Shown: positions 1-12,290 of the stretch, one piece after another | Numbering within the stretch: position 1 is the first letter of the stretch | How the letters are laid out: each line of letters starts with the position of its first letter | NCBI RefSeq assembly: GCF_000150275.1 | Contig: NW_002060945.1 | Location: 5,918,991 to 5,982,990 of the forward strand | Reading direction: 5' to 3' | From: Trichoplax adhaerens | Taxonomy: Eukaryota; Animalia; Placozoa | Length of the DNA stretch: 64,000 nt | Program-made: the position numbers and the translations under genes | Notes under the pieces: model-generated | Told to the model about the DNA's origin: nothing | Databases searched by the model: none | Seen by the model: only the letters and a program-made list of their open reading frames with translations

Positions 1-1854
1 GGTACTATATTAAGGTTATCTATATATGTATTCTCATGTTGCCATACTTGGCATGATAGTCTATTTGTAATGACTAAACTAGGGAAACCTTTCTGTTAGT
101 GATGATCTTGTGATCTACGTCAGTAGATCAAAGGTCACAATAAAGAAAGTATATAACTCTTCATTTTAACAATAAAGTTAGTTCTTCAACTTAATTACTG
201 GGTCTCCTTGCTGAGTGCAGATCTAGTACTTGTTACAAAATTTGGAAATTGTAACAAACCCCGTGACAATCCTATTTTTGTAGTTAATTAGAAGTCTTTT
301 TCCCTAAATTTTGAAGGATTACTTTGATAGAACTAGTAATAGATATTACAGCTACAGTAATTTCCAACTAAACGGCAATCAATCTACAAAATAGTAATAA
401 ATCAGCCAAATAGCAATAGTAATGTAATTCGTTCTAGCCTGGTACTAATAAGTCGCTAGAAAAGTGATAATATATCCAACAGTGCCGTAAAAACAAATTA
501 AATAGTATCTTGACTCTAATAACAATATACAATAGGGTAGAAGCTGTACTGTACTATACACTGAGTGTAAAGTACGATACTATTCATTGATTATTACATC
601 TAGATCGCCCGTGATGATGCAAGATCGGTCACAAATAAGTTTTGCTATATAATGCCTTGAAAGATACAAATTTGTATACAGGATATGCGATAGCGGATTA
701 CTATCGCTATTCGCTACGTCGAAATAGCCCTTGATGATGCAGTATGGGTAATAAAACCGGTTTTCGATACAGAATATCATTAAAAATAAATATCTATGTC
801 TGTATATAGTATAGGGTATTTACTAGACACTGGTTTACTGGCCGATAGTTATAAATAGTAAAAGCTGATTCGTGTATTAATTCAGTTTTCAATGTGAAGG
901 TAATGCATGGAGAATTTTAGTTTGATGTTGCTGAAGTCGAGTTCAATTTCAAATTTAACTTAATGTTACTTTAATATTAATAATTTACTGTTATTTCATG
1001 ACATGATGGCATGAGTATATACAATTGCGATACTATCAGAAAGACTCATCAGACAGGGGCTACTCGACAAAAAATTTCTCCCTCATCGTCCTTTACCGTA
1101 ACTCCGGTTTTTCCATACCGTTCCCAGTCGCAGCTACTGACTTCGTATCAAAAACTATTTTCCTCTTCATTAAAAATGAATGAGACACTCAACTACCTCT
1201 ACAGTGCAAATAGAACCGCTTACAGTTATTCTAAAGTTGTTGCTGGATTCATAGTAAACTAATAATTTATTGCGTAAATTTCGCGATTGTACTCGTATGT
1301 GTAACGTTGAAGATACTGCAGAACTATCTCTTTAGTAGAATCAGTCAATGAGATAGCGTGGTAGACTCCGTAGCATGCGAAATATTCGAAACTATAGTAG
1401 ATATACAGTAACTTGTCTGACTATAGCTATTAAATGAGGGACATAGCTTTATTCAATATGCAGATCCAGGTGTCTGAAAAAATAATACGACAAGGACCTC
1501 AATTTCTTGTTACATTCACATGATTACATGAAGTAGTTTCTTCTGTTAATAGCCTAAATGTATAATATCCTCCGCCATTAACGTAGATACTTGTGTAATC
1601 TTACAGTCTAACTGCTAACATTGTCTATTCTTACAGCTGCGCCACAGGTGTACAGAATATATTATATAACATTTCATAGCTCTCACGTACTAGATTACTG
1701 ATAGATCGCTTTAGCTAAGAGCGCCAAATACGTTCGACTTTATAGCTATAATAGCATGCAATGATATTAGCTATAATATATAAGAGAATAAGCAACGTAA
1801 CTAATTTCGTTAATTTCTCTTAGATTTACCATCACCTACAAATGCAAGTTAAAA

Positions 1855-3917
1855 ATGGAAAATTGCACCGAAAACAGTTATGAAATAGCTATAGAATCCC
1901 AGGATAAAGTCTCGATAGGTAGAAACAATTTCATACTTTATTGCTATCCATATCGCAAGTATTTGCATGTAATTATATAGTTAATTATACATCTATAAAT
2001 TAACATTACTGGAACATTTTTACGTCTGTTTATTGAAACCGAAAGATTTATAACTAATTTTAAGCTTTTTTACCGAATTAATCATACAATTATTAGATGA
2101 CAAGATAGAGAAATCCTCACTTTCTAACTTCACATTTTCTAAATTAAATATTCGTAAAACAATCTATGGAATTATTATCGTGCTCACAATAGCAATCAGT
2201 TTCAGCCTTTTAATTCAATTTGGAAAGATTACAGTCTCAATTGAGCATAATTTTACTTCCATAACATTCTTCACTTGGTAGGTACGATAATTTTAGCGTT
2301 AGTGTATCGTAGTAATGTAGCAGGGTATGTACTGTACAATGTACATGTACTCCAAGCTCAATATAGAAGCGAATTTATTCCTTACTTACAATGTATATTT
2401 TATAGTATAAAACGATGAGATAAAATGTGCATCTTTGCTATCTTAATCTATTAATAGAATTAGACTACAAATAAAGCATTTTTACTGATTTATTAATGAA
2501 GTAAATATCACTACGTTAAATAACTATAATTTATACCGTAGGATTGCGGCTTCGACTACCTCACTCACCTTTCCAATCCATGCCTTGGTTTTAATGATCT
2601 TCAAGGGTGAAACCTTACGTCAGATATACAAGTATGTATAATAGCAATTAATATGATAAAATAATAATCTATGTACTATGCCTTGTATCTAAATTACATA
2701 TTAACTAATTAAATATGCTTGATAGACTACTGCATGTATATCATATACTCATTATATTGATAAACTGACACTTATATTTAATCGGTTAAAAATGAATTAA
2801 CTAAGCTTAAATTATTTTTGATGTAATTTTGTTATCTAGAGAATCAATTAAAATTTATCCACGTAAAGACTTAAAAAAATTTTTTGGCTTCGGTTACTAC
2901 CATTAGCCATACTTACGAATTTAATTGTGGCGTTCACCTATTACCCTCTAAACTTTACGGCTCCAACCGATATTACGGCTATTTTTTCGTCAGTACTAAG
3001 CATGGTGTATATTTTATCGGTCCTATTTTTGAAAGAGCCATTTGTATTACTTAGGGTAAGTATTCTCGTAGTTCTAAGATTATAAAAGTAATACATAATT
3101 TTAAAGATAGAAATATCATTTAAATTAAGGGCTTTTAATTAAGAGTAATAGTACTTTGTTCGTGAGATCAAACACGTTATACGGTATCGATTGATAGTAA
3201 AAATATCACTTCTAAAATATGATTACTTCTTAGGCGTTAGCGGTATGCCTATCTACGACAGGTGTAGTACTGTTCGCTTTTGATGATGGTTTTGGCTCTT
3301 TCGCTACCTTGGGTGTTATTCTATCAGTATTCTTTACTCTTACCGCAGCTTGTTTTCGTGTAAGTTATAGTAAAATTTATAATTACTTATTAACGAACTT
3401 TATATATATGTTACTGCTTATCTTTATTAAAGTGTTACAGTTTAAGTACTGAAAGGTATGTAATATTTATTAGGTATACGAAAAGTATTCTATTGGCGAT
3501 GCATCGCCAATTCAAGCATCGATGCTACTGACAATTATTAGCATTATTAATTTCTTGTTGGGATGGATACCTGTTGTTATATTTCATTATACGGGATTTG
3601 AAAAGCTTACATGGTCTGACATTCCTTGGGAACCTCTAATGATTACAAATTTATTTAATATGTTACATAGCTGCTTTGTTGTTATTGGAGTCGCTGTTAC
3701 CTATCCTGTATTTATTTCGCTAGGTTCTCTCTTTGGAATACCGATTAACGCAGTTATTGACGCGATCTTCCGTAACGAATCGTTTTCGGCATTAAAAATA
3801 GTGAGCACGCTATTACTTGCTGTAGGATTCTTAATTTTATTAATACCTTTGGAAAAGGCTAAATCGATATCTAGAACGGTAGTTAAATTATTAACTTGCA
3901 GGCATGGAAAAGCATAA
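1855..3917 (+). CDS. SLC35F3/SLC35F4-like solute carrier (EamA/DMT fold), 6 coding exons, about 363 aa; exon 4 acceptor/frame ambiguous
   Basis: Exons 1855-1918, 2097-2277, 2542-2631, 2869(or 2840)-3055, 3234-3359, 3474-3917, all GT-AG. Translation includes RKTIYGIIIVLTIAISFSLLIQFGK, TFFTW, APTDITAIFSS..MVYILSVLFLKEPF, GVVLFAFDDGF and GVAVTYPVFISLGSLFGIPINAVID, which match SLC35F3/F4 motifs as I recall them. Confidence 0.85.
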
Positions 3918-4406
3918 GGGTTACTATTACTCTTGCAAAATCCTGTTTATTGACAATCGCTTTATCGAATAGTAATGAAATTACATCTTAGAGATAAAAA
4001 TAAGCATATGCTTTAGCAGTCGACAGCAAATTTGACAATACTTGCAATGACTATTATAGATTGTAACATCGGTTTGTTCTTATATGCTGCAGCTTTCTAT
4101 TGCATTTATTGCAGTATTTAGTAATCAATTAAATTTTTATAAGTATACACGTAATTTCTATGTTTATATGTTGTGCTACGAAATGAATGTTGGTTGAAGC
4201 TAATGCCATGTATTTCATGATTGATTATCATAAATAAACATGCACTATAAGGTAGGCTAATTTTAAGGATAGTAAAATAAGCTTGTCGTACGTATGATCA
4301 TCGTGACCGTAAAACTTGTTTTAATTCAATAAACACCCAAATACACACTCTTTTATTCTTTCTCTCTCTATCTCTCTACTCACCAACCATCCTTGAATTA
4401 TCGTGG

Positions 4407-4993
4407 TGTCACGGAACGCCGTTACTAATTAAGTAACTGTAAATTAATGAATGCTTATGAATAGATAAGATAAGGTTATGTGCTATGTTTTAATGCGCTT
4501 GTAGCTGATAATAGGATGGTAGAAGTGAGATAAAAATAGAAGTTGTTAGCAGTTAATTTACTGTAGGTTTATAAGGTGTGTTAATCTCTAAAAATTGAGC
4601 TGTATATGGACGAAGGTTAAGCGTCTTAACACCTGATAGCTTGTAGCTATCTAAGTCTGAGAATATCGACATGTATATTTAGTAATGGTATTATACTAAT
4701 TAATGTAACTTGTAAAGCATGAATTCTCACTCGTTAATATTGGAATTCACTGTAGAAACCTATTTAAGCGCGTGTGTTTGTAGAATAAAAAAGTAATTGC
4801 TCAAGAAACGGCAAGACTCATATCGTGAAGAATAGTGTAATAATTAGTCAGTTGTCTGTGGAGATCAGCCGAGAAATCGAGTTCTCAAATACTTCTCTCA
4901 TAGAAACTGAAAGTACTGGGAGAAATAGCCCAAGTTTTAAGTAACTACACTAGAGTTCTTTACTTTCCTTTGCCACAAGTGAGGGTTGTGACA
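4407..4993 (+). mobile_element. Solo LTR (587 bp) of an LTR retrotransposon
   Basis: Starts TGTCAC and ends GTGACA (6-bp inverted termini). Flanked by perfect 5-bp direct repeat CGTGG (4402-4406 and 4994-4998). Internal AATAAA near 4784. Confidence 0.85.
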
Positions 4994-5313
4994 CGTGGCT
5001 ACAGTTGATCTGCATGTAGAGCTAGACGATCTTCTACAACTCAGAACATCACATACCGTGCACTATGACATCTATATTATATTATTGTTAATTAATCATT
5101 TCGATTCTGGAAAGTGCAGTATATGTTATATTTCACGCAGTTAAGGTAATTATACATTATTCAATGCATTTCAGGGTCATATACCATTAGTTACAGAACG
5201 ATTTTTCCTTTACATAATCATATCTTGCCAATTAAATAGCGAGATCAATTCTGAATTTACTATCTCGCGAAAATAATGTGATTTGTATTAGAATTAGATA
5301 TTTATAGATTTTA

Positions 5314-5819
5314 TGTTAGCGCTATGTTGGATCGGTCACGAGACTGTTGTTTAACTGCGATGATTGGGCTCAGATTGGTCACACCGTAGGCCAGGAATTA
5401 CCTACTTAGCGGGAGGTGAAGTTGTGAGCCCAATGGGTAACCTGATTGGCTCCGAAAGGCCAAAACAAGGGTCAAGAGGAAGAAAATAAGGTGTGGCTAG
5501 CGATGGTCATAGTTTATAGTGAAATATTAATAAATGATAGTTCCCGTATGGGAATATTTGTGTTAGAGTTTTGTTCAAAATATGTTGACAAATAAGATGG
5601 GCCTGGATAGTATGAAAGGATCTTAGAGAGAGAGCTAAAGTAGCCTCTCAGATTTGCCAAGTTGAGGTTACTAGGCTAACGTTCTACTATTAGCTATAAC
5701 CTTTTTATTGCTAATATTTTGTAACCTTTTTATGTATATAATAAAGCTATTCTTATCCTAAGGCACTCAGTCTCAGCATTACTGTGAACCAGTAGTTCGG
5801 AATAGTTTAAGAGCAACCA
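5314..5819 (+). mobile_element. Possible older/degenerate LTR-like insert
   Basis: About 500-bp island, more GC-rich than its flanks, running TGTTAGC...GCAACCA with TATATATAATAAA near 5736. No clean TSD found. Confidence 0.3.
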
Positions 5820-7749
5820 TTATTACACTCGCCACCTGTTCATAATTCGCACTTCTAATTTAAGGCGTCATGATATAAGTCTCGCAGTACTAACATGCTT
5901 AGCACAAACTATACGTACAGTATCTCGGAATCTTAATGTACTGTAAACATCTCAATAGAATAACTGCAAAACGTACAGTAATCATTTTCAACTAATAGGC
6001 ACTTTGAACAATGTTATAATCTAATATACAAGTTTAAATATTCTTATTATAATCTTGCAGTCGTAATCTTAGGCTAATTTGGGCTGTACTATAACCTTAC
6101 TTAGATTTAAAATTGGAAATGGCTCTTAATGATACTGTACGATCTCAAAGCATGAACATTCATAGGTGTACATTGACCTAATATAGAGATTTATAAAGAC
6201 TTCAATGAATATTCGTAAGCCTTGACTTTGACTTTCGTGGGTAAAGTTACCATACGAACACATGTTTTTCAATAAAATAATAGCTCTTGCATGTCTTTCT
6301 TTAACTTTCATAGTATCGTAAAGTTGATAGCACAGTATATCATCCGCAAGATATATTTTGAAACAGTGCACTACATGTCAGTAATTTAATTATCAATAGA
6401 TCATATGCAAAATTTTTTTATTTATTACCAGGGTATATTTTGCAGTAGTGTACTGTACTTCACATCAGTACCATAATAAATAAGACACAATATTCAATTT
6501 CCGAATAAAATATCTTTCACAAATAGACGTTAGAACAAATTATAAGTTTAATCTATATGCAGGCTCATTTTGGGGACTATATCTAGATCTTCCAGTACAG
6601 CGTAAATTTGCTAGTTAGTATGCAGTAAATTTACAAGTTCATAAGTTGAGTGCGTGGCTAATCAAATGTCTTAAATTTTACGATTAAAAAACTATGTAAT
6701 AGCCTAAAATATTGTAATTAAAATCCCAAAATGACCACACTCTATAACCTTTTGCGTATAGAAATGGCGATGAATGATGCCGATGATCATAACGTTTACG
6801 GAGAAATAAAATAGGGCTTAGCTCGGAAAATTCCATTTCAAGCGAGAACATGACATAAATTTAAATTAGTCATGTGTATAAGATCTTTTATTGTCATTTC
6901 TACCGACAACTGTAGTACAAATTTACTATCTGCTCACCGTCACTGTGGACATGAATCTATAGTATTCTCTGCACTCTAATTTGATTTACTGTTAGTATAA
7001 TTTTACGATTACAATAAAGGAGGAAATCCACGTTATTAATTATCAATTGTTATGATAATTACTCTTAAATACAATGACAATGTTCACGTATGCTTGTTAT
7101 TAGGGATAATACTAAATTATAGGATAAGTTTTCCTTAACAACGCGTCAATGGGTTGATTGTTATAACATCCAGTGCATAGTGAATTATTAAAATTTAGTG
7201 TAGCAACGTATAGTGCTCATCGAATATAGGCAGCATCTTTTAGTGTTCAGGAGTTTCCGATAATGTCATAAGTTTACAAGTATTTATTTCAATTTATTTA
7301 AGATTAGCTACCAATAGTTACCGACTGCAAGCTGACATAGCGCAAGAGTTTTATCAACAGACGGAATAGAAAGAACAAGACCTAAAATAAGTGAGTTATT
7401 CTACCTTATAATCATGTTATTCGATGGAAGCAGTATGATATTTACAAATGGAAGAATTTAATTACAGATTAACGCTGCAAATAGTTTCGTATGGCTATTA
7501 ACGAATTTGTTTAAGAGTCTAAATCTTTAGTCATTTCTTTCGATAGTCTATAGGATAAAATAAATTAGCTTAGTGATTTTATTTATAATGGTATTAGATC
7601 GTAAATCACAGTAGCCCTGTCATAGCTGTCTTATAAGACAAAGTACTATAATAATACAAGTCTATAACTGGGACATTATTACCCTACCTATAGTCAAATT
7701 ATTTAGTAATACCAATCGTCTCCGCTTATATTTCGACATAAAATTTAGG

Positions 7750-10700
7750 ATGGCCGTCTATCAATCCAGTTTTAAGATATCACAAGATCCAACCTACATC
7801 CGCTATACTATGGAAAGCAGCTTTAAAGAGGATTATCTTCCTTTGAATACAAATTCTAGATCGAACATTTGTGCTGCTCCACTTGCAGCAAATATCATGC
7901 ATCGAGATGACTATCATTTGGGTCATGTAGGGAATTCGATTACACGCAATGAATTCGTTGACAGAGGAAGTGCATTTTATAGTCAACAGCGAGATGCTTA
8001 TGGTAATAATACTAAAGAAAGAGCGCTAAGAGCAACGACATTTAAAATGTTCACTGATCCAGTATTCCGTGGTGGTATTAGCACTAATAGTGAAAGTTAT
8101 CGGCGCCATCCAATTGTTGCTGAGCCTTCATCGAAACCAAAATTATCAACCGCCAACGCCGGTATAGCATTTGGTGATGTAATGAAAACTGAGATCCCAA
8201 TATCGGATTATCGGAAATCGTTTACAGCTCATGCAGTTAGCCGTCCTAAGTTTGCAACGAAAGAATTTTTTATTAGTAATAAAGGAACCCTTGCAGGAGA
8301 TCGTCGAAATCCTCAATCGATGTATACTACTACATCGCAGCAAGCTCACACTGGTAAATATGTTGAGCCGCCACCTTTGGCTAACATTCCAGTAAGTTCT
8401 CAATCTCTTAAAGATTTTATAATAGAATTATTTTATGGCAGAATCATTGTCTTTTTTATGGTTGGATAATAAAGTTATCGTCAATAATCACATAAAAATC
8501 GTCATCTAATTCACCATAGTACTGTTAAACTGGCGTTAGGTTGCTATGGCAACGATAAATCTCACTCCATGCTGATAATCTGCTACCCATATTTAATGGC
8601 CTGACAACTTTATAGATAGTAAAATAGATACAATATTATCACCCTAATTATTTTACATTTTTCATGTTATAGCTACTCGGCTCGAATCTACCTCAAGGTG
8701 ATCGTGAAAAGTTGGCAGTGAAATCAACATTACATCAAGAAACTTTTGTCCCCCTGAACGCTAAACCTGCTAAACCAACATCTGCTTATAATTTTCAAGA
8801 AACAACATTTAGATTAGGTTCTAATGATCAAATGTTTAATACAACGTCTCAAGATGCGTTCAACCCCAAAATAACAGGTAATTGGAGATTCTGTGCGATA
8901 TACTTATGTAACATAAATAATTTTTAGTAATAAATCACGGTGTTATGTTAGTATATGGTACCGTACGTTTGCATGGTTACAACATTTACTAACGCCGTTC
9001 AATCTACAAAACTTTTATTTGAAATATGCTAATGGGATATACCAATTGGGCTTTAAATAATTGCAAGAGTAATTTCAAGACCAAAATTAATTATATACGA
9101 TAATATCCCCATGCCAAATTGATACATTTAATTTAAATCTAAATTTTGCGATCAAATATCATTGTCTATCAACAGATTTATTAGATTCTATTTGATAGTG
9201 CAATTTTAAATTTTAAATTATGTGATTAGAGGAATGATTTGACGCTATACGCACTCACCTAAAATATTTAACCGCTTATAATTTCAGATGCTACCAACAA
9301 ATCCAAAAGCTTACGCTTTAAACACATTCAGAGTTCTCTACCAGGTGGAGATCTTGATTATCAACGTGGTAGGGAACGAACCTCAACAACAACTTTCAAA
9401 AGCGACTATCCTCAGGTAAGAAAGAATTGTAAATAATACGGAAAGAACAAATTCTGTAGAATCCTTGTTAAAGTATAGGCAACAAGCTAATGGTTTGCAA
9501 ATAATTTTTATCCTGCATGTGCTGATGAGGTATAAAAACTTTAAAAATTAGTAGAATTTGACTGCAATATTTAATTTCGATTCTTTCAGTACTTAGATCA
9601 TACTGCTACTCGTGCTGGCAATACTTCACGTCATGCTGTTTCAAGCGTCCGAATTAGCGGTGAAAAAAATCAAAATTATTTTAAAACTGAAATGTCATCA
9701 GCTTTCATTCCGATGAGACTGGAAAAAAACTTGATGCCTAAGCAACTAGAGAGTTCTGTTCCATTAAAATATTATGGTAAAACTATCAATTAATATCGAC
9801 TAATTAATAGAATTAAGCTAATTACGGTGGTAATGAATGTCTAATTTAATAATATTTTCCAATCTAACTTATGAAAATATCCCCTATTGTGTTATATTCT
9901 ATACTAATTAGTTAAAGCAGAAAAATCTAAACATTAGTCTCTAGCCGCAATAGTAGTGTTTAATTTCCTGTAATGACACAGATATACAAATTGATAGTGA
10001 ACAATGATTTAAAGGTATACTATTGTGATATTATTTCCATTACAATATTAGTATCTGTGAAATAGGCAAAGAGTATAATGTTATAACTGTTATCATGATC
10101 TTTCATGGCTTAAGCTAACTCGTAAAAAATATCTGCTTTACAGGATAATTATAGTCCATAGAATAATGTATTGATCGTACATTTATAGTTTAGTTAAATA
10201 TTTAAGAAAGGAATATCAGGTATCAGTCGTGTTATAGAAACAAAATCGACCTTATTAGGTCTACACTACCTATTACCTGACCGATGAATGTGCAGAAGCT
10301 TTACATTTTGATTTTTCGAATTAGAACGATCCGATGATCTTCCTGAAACGAAAGACATGTATCGACCATTGCCATTGCAAGTGAAGGAGAAGGCAATCCA
10401 CCAAAATGTAAATCAAGTAAATTATTTTCTGTTTATTATGATCATTGTATCTTCACGAAATATAAAATTTCATTAGATACCATTAGGTATGTCTTATGAA
10501 TATTTTATTACCTAATTTACGTAAGAAAGTGGATTTATTTTAGTTATATGATGGTTGTAAATGTAAAAATTATAATATTTGTATCCTATCGACAGAATTT
10601 CCGATTTTATTGATTGATTCACTTGTAATGAGATTAATTTTAAAAAATTTAATTCTATTCAACCTTGCCTTTATTTTGATCTTTATTAGCAACGAAAAAC

Positions 10701-10851
10701 TCATGCTAAAATTCAGGATTACAGACTGAACAACTATCAAACAATTCATCAGAGCGATTACAAACCCAAGCGAGGTGATCGAGCTGACATTGTTAATCAT
10801 CGATTACAATATAGTTCGGTGCCTTTACACACTCTCAATCAGGATGTATAA
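7750..10851 (+). CDS. SAXO5: SAXO5/TEX45-like axonemal microtubule-inner protein, 6 coding exons, about 470 aa
   Basis: Exons 7750-8391, 8673-8877, 9288-9415, 9590-9776, 10325-10416 (or 10407), 10690-10851 join in phase. Repeated Mn-like motifs (TMESSF, TTSQQAH, TLHQETF, TTSQDAF, TTFKSDY, TIHQSDY) alternate with S(S/N)(L/V)P.GD motifs (SNLPQGDREK, SSLPGGDLDYQRGRERTSTTT). C-terminus LQYSSVPLHTL. The ATG directly follows an acceptor, implying an upstream UTR exon (candidate donor GTGAGT at 7391). Confidence 0.7.
8540..8553. promoter_or_regulatory. RFX X-box
   Basis: GTTGCTATGGCAAC is a near-perfect palindromic match to the RFX consensus, in the intron after the first coding exon of a predicted ciliary gene. 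Confidence 0.75.
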
Positions 10852-11351
10852 ATTCAGCAGACAATTAGTAAGGCGATAATATCGATTCATAGTTAGAATA
10901 GTATTACCCACGTTAACTTTTAATGAAGATATTCAAAATATATCGGGCTAACATGCAGTATAAGAGCGAGGATTTAATATTTTATGAAGTTGTTATTTGT
11001 ATAAGCCAAAAACATTGCTGTCATTACTTTATGGGTGGAAGTCAGCAAGTTGGTTGCCTTCACGATCAATTAGACGGCTAAAAATAACTGATGCGTTTAC
11101 ACTATTAATTGATTCATAATAATATGGCAAAGAGACGAATCCTTCTAACTTTCTAACTCAATACATAAATCCTTTAGCGCATTTTAACAAAGATACGACA
11201 TTGTATAAAACTTGAAAATTTTAATTTGATGATTTGATATCAGACAATCTTCTTAACGGATAAATTGCAAAATAGTCATTGTGCTAATAATGAGATATGA
11301 GTATGAAACATTAATGAAATAGAAGCTTAATTTTCCCCATCTTTTATTTTG

Positions 11352-11520
11352 TACATGAAATTGTATAGAAGTGGATAATATCAGTAAATTGATATTAAGT
11401 AGAGCATAATTCAATTTTTCAATATGCTATATGCATTTTATACATTAAATTGTGTAGAAGTGGATAATATCAGCAAATTGATATTAAGTAGAGCAAAATT
11501 CAATTTTTCAATACGCTGTA
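11352..11520. repeat. Tandem duplication, about 89-bp period, 2 copies
   Basis: tacat.aaattgt.tagaagtggataatatcag.aaattgatattaagtagagca.aattcaatttttcaata occurs at 11352 and 11441. Confidence 0.85.
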
Positions 11521-12151
11521 TACAGTTAAATGCTATAAAAGAAATGATAATATTAATAGATGGAAAAAGATTATCTGCTTGTAATTTAACAGCTATATCT
11601 AAGTTTTGTAGGACTCTTATATTTTGATAATTCTCTATAGTTTACCGTTATTGTATGATATGATTTGAGAAATACCTCAGTTAATCAACTTTTTTTAAGG
11701 TAAATAAGTCTTCAATATAGGACATTTATTACGAAGAAATGATGAACGAATTTGCCCAATAAAAGCGAATAACATAAATTTATGTGCGCTGTAGCAACAA
11801 TTTTCAGTATTTGTTAACGATTAGTGATTGATTAATGTAGTTATATGATGTACAACGTTTTGCTAGTGATACTGGATAATTTGTCATCATGCTTTACGTT
11901 ATCGTAAAAATTTAATAAAATCTAGCAGGGTTATTACACCCTGTTAACTTCAGTACTGATTCAAAAATTGCAAAGCATAAAGGTTACAGAAAAATAAGCG
12001 AAAATGCGATGTCGTTGTCTAATGCCTTTCTTTCAGTTTACGTATACCATGATGATAAATTGCAATTTAAAGCGGACCTTATGCAGATTGATCACGAATA
12101 TAATTGCAATTTGTTAATATTGCGACGAAATTATACTCTAGTCTCGATGGC

Positions 12152-12290
12152 AGATACTACAGAGATTTGATTCATTATAGTTACTTATAATCAAAAGAAA
12201 ATAAAAGCTAATACCCTCAGTTCAAAAGGTAGATACTACAGATATTTTTAATCTATTAAAGTTACTTATAATTAGAAGTTAATAAGAGCT
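12152..12290. repeat. Degenerate tandem duplication, about 79-bp period
   Basis: agatactacaga...agttacttataat at about 12152 and 12231. Confidence 0.6.

Noticed and set aside
580-1262. ORFs 580-780 (-) and 1011-1262 (+)
   Set aside because: No recognisable motifs or consistent splice structure; may be UTR or relic sequence.
7780-10800. Minus-strand ORFs 7780-7986, 8146-8403, 10570-10800
   Set aside because: Antisense shadows of the SAXO5-like exons.
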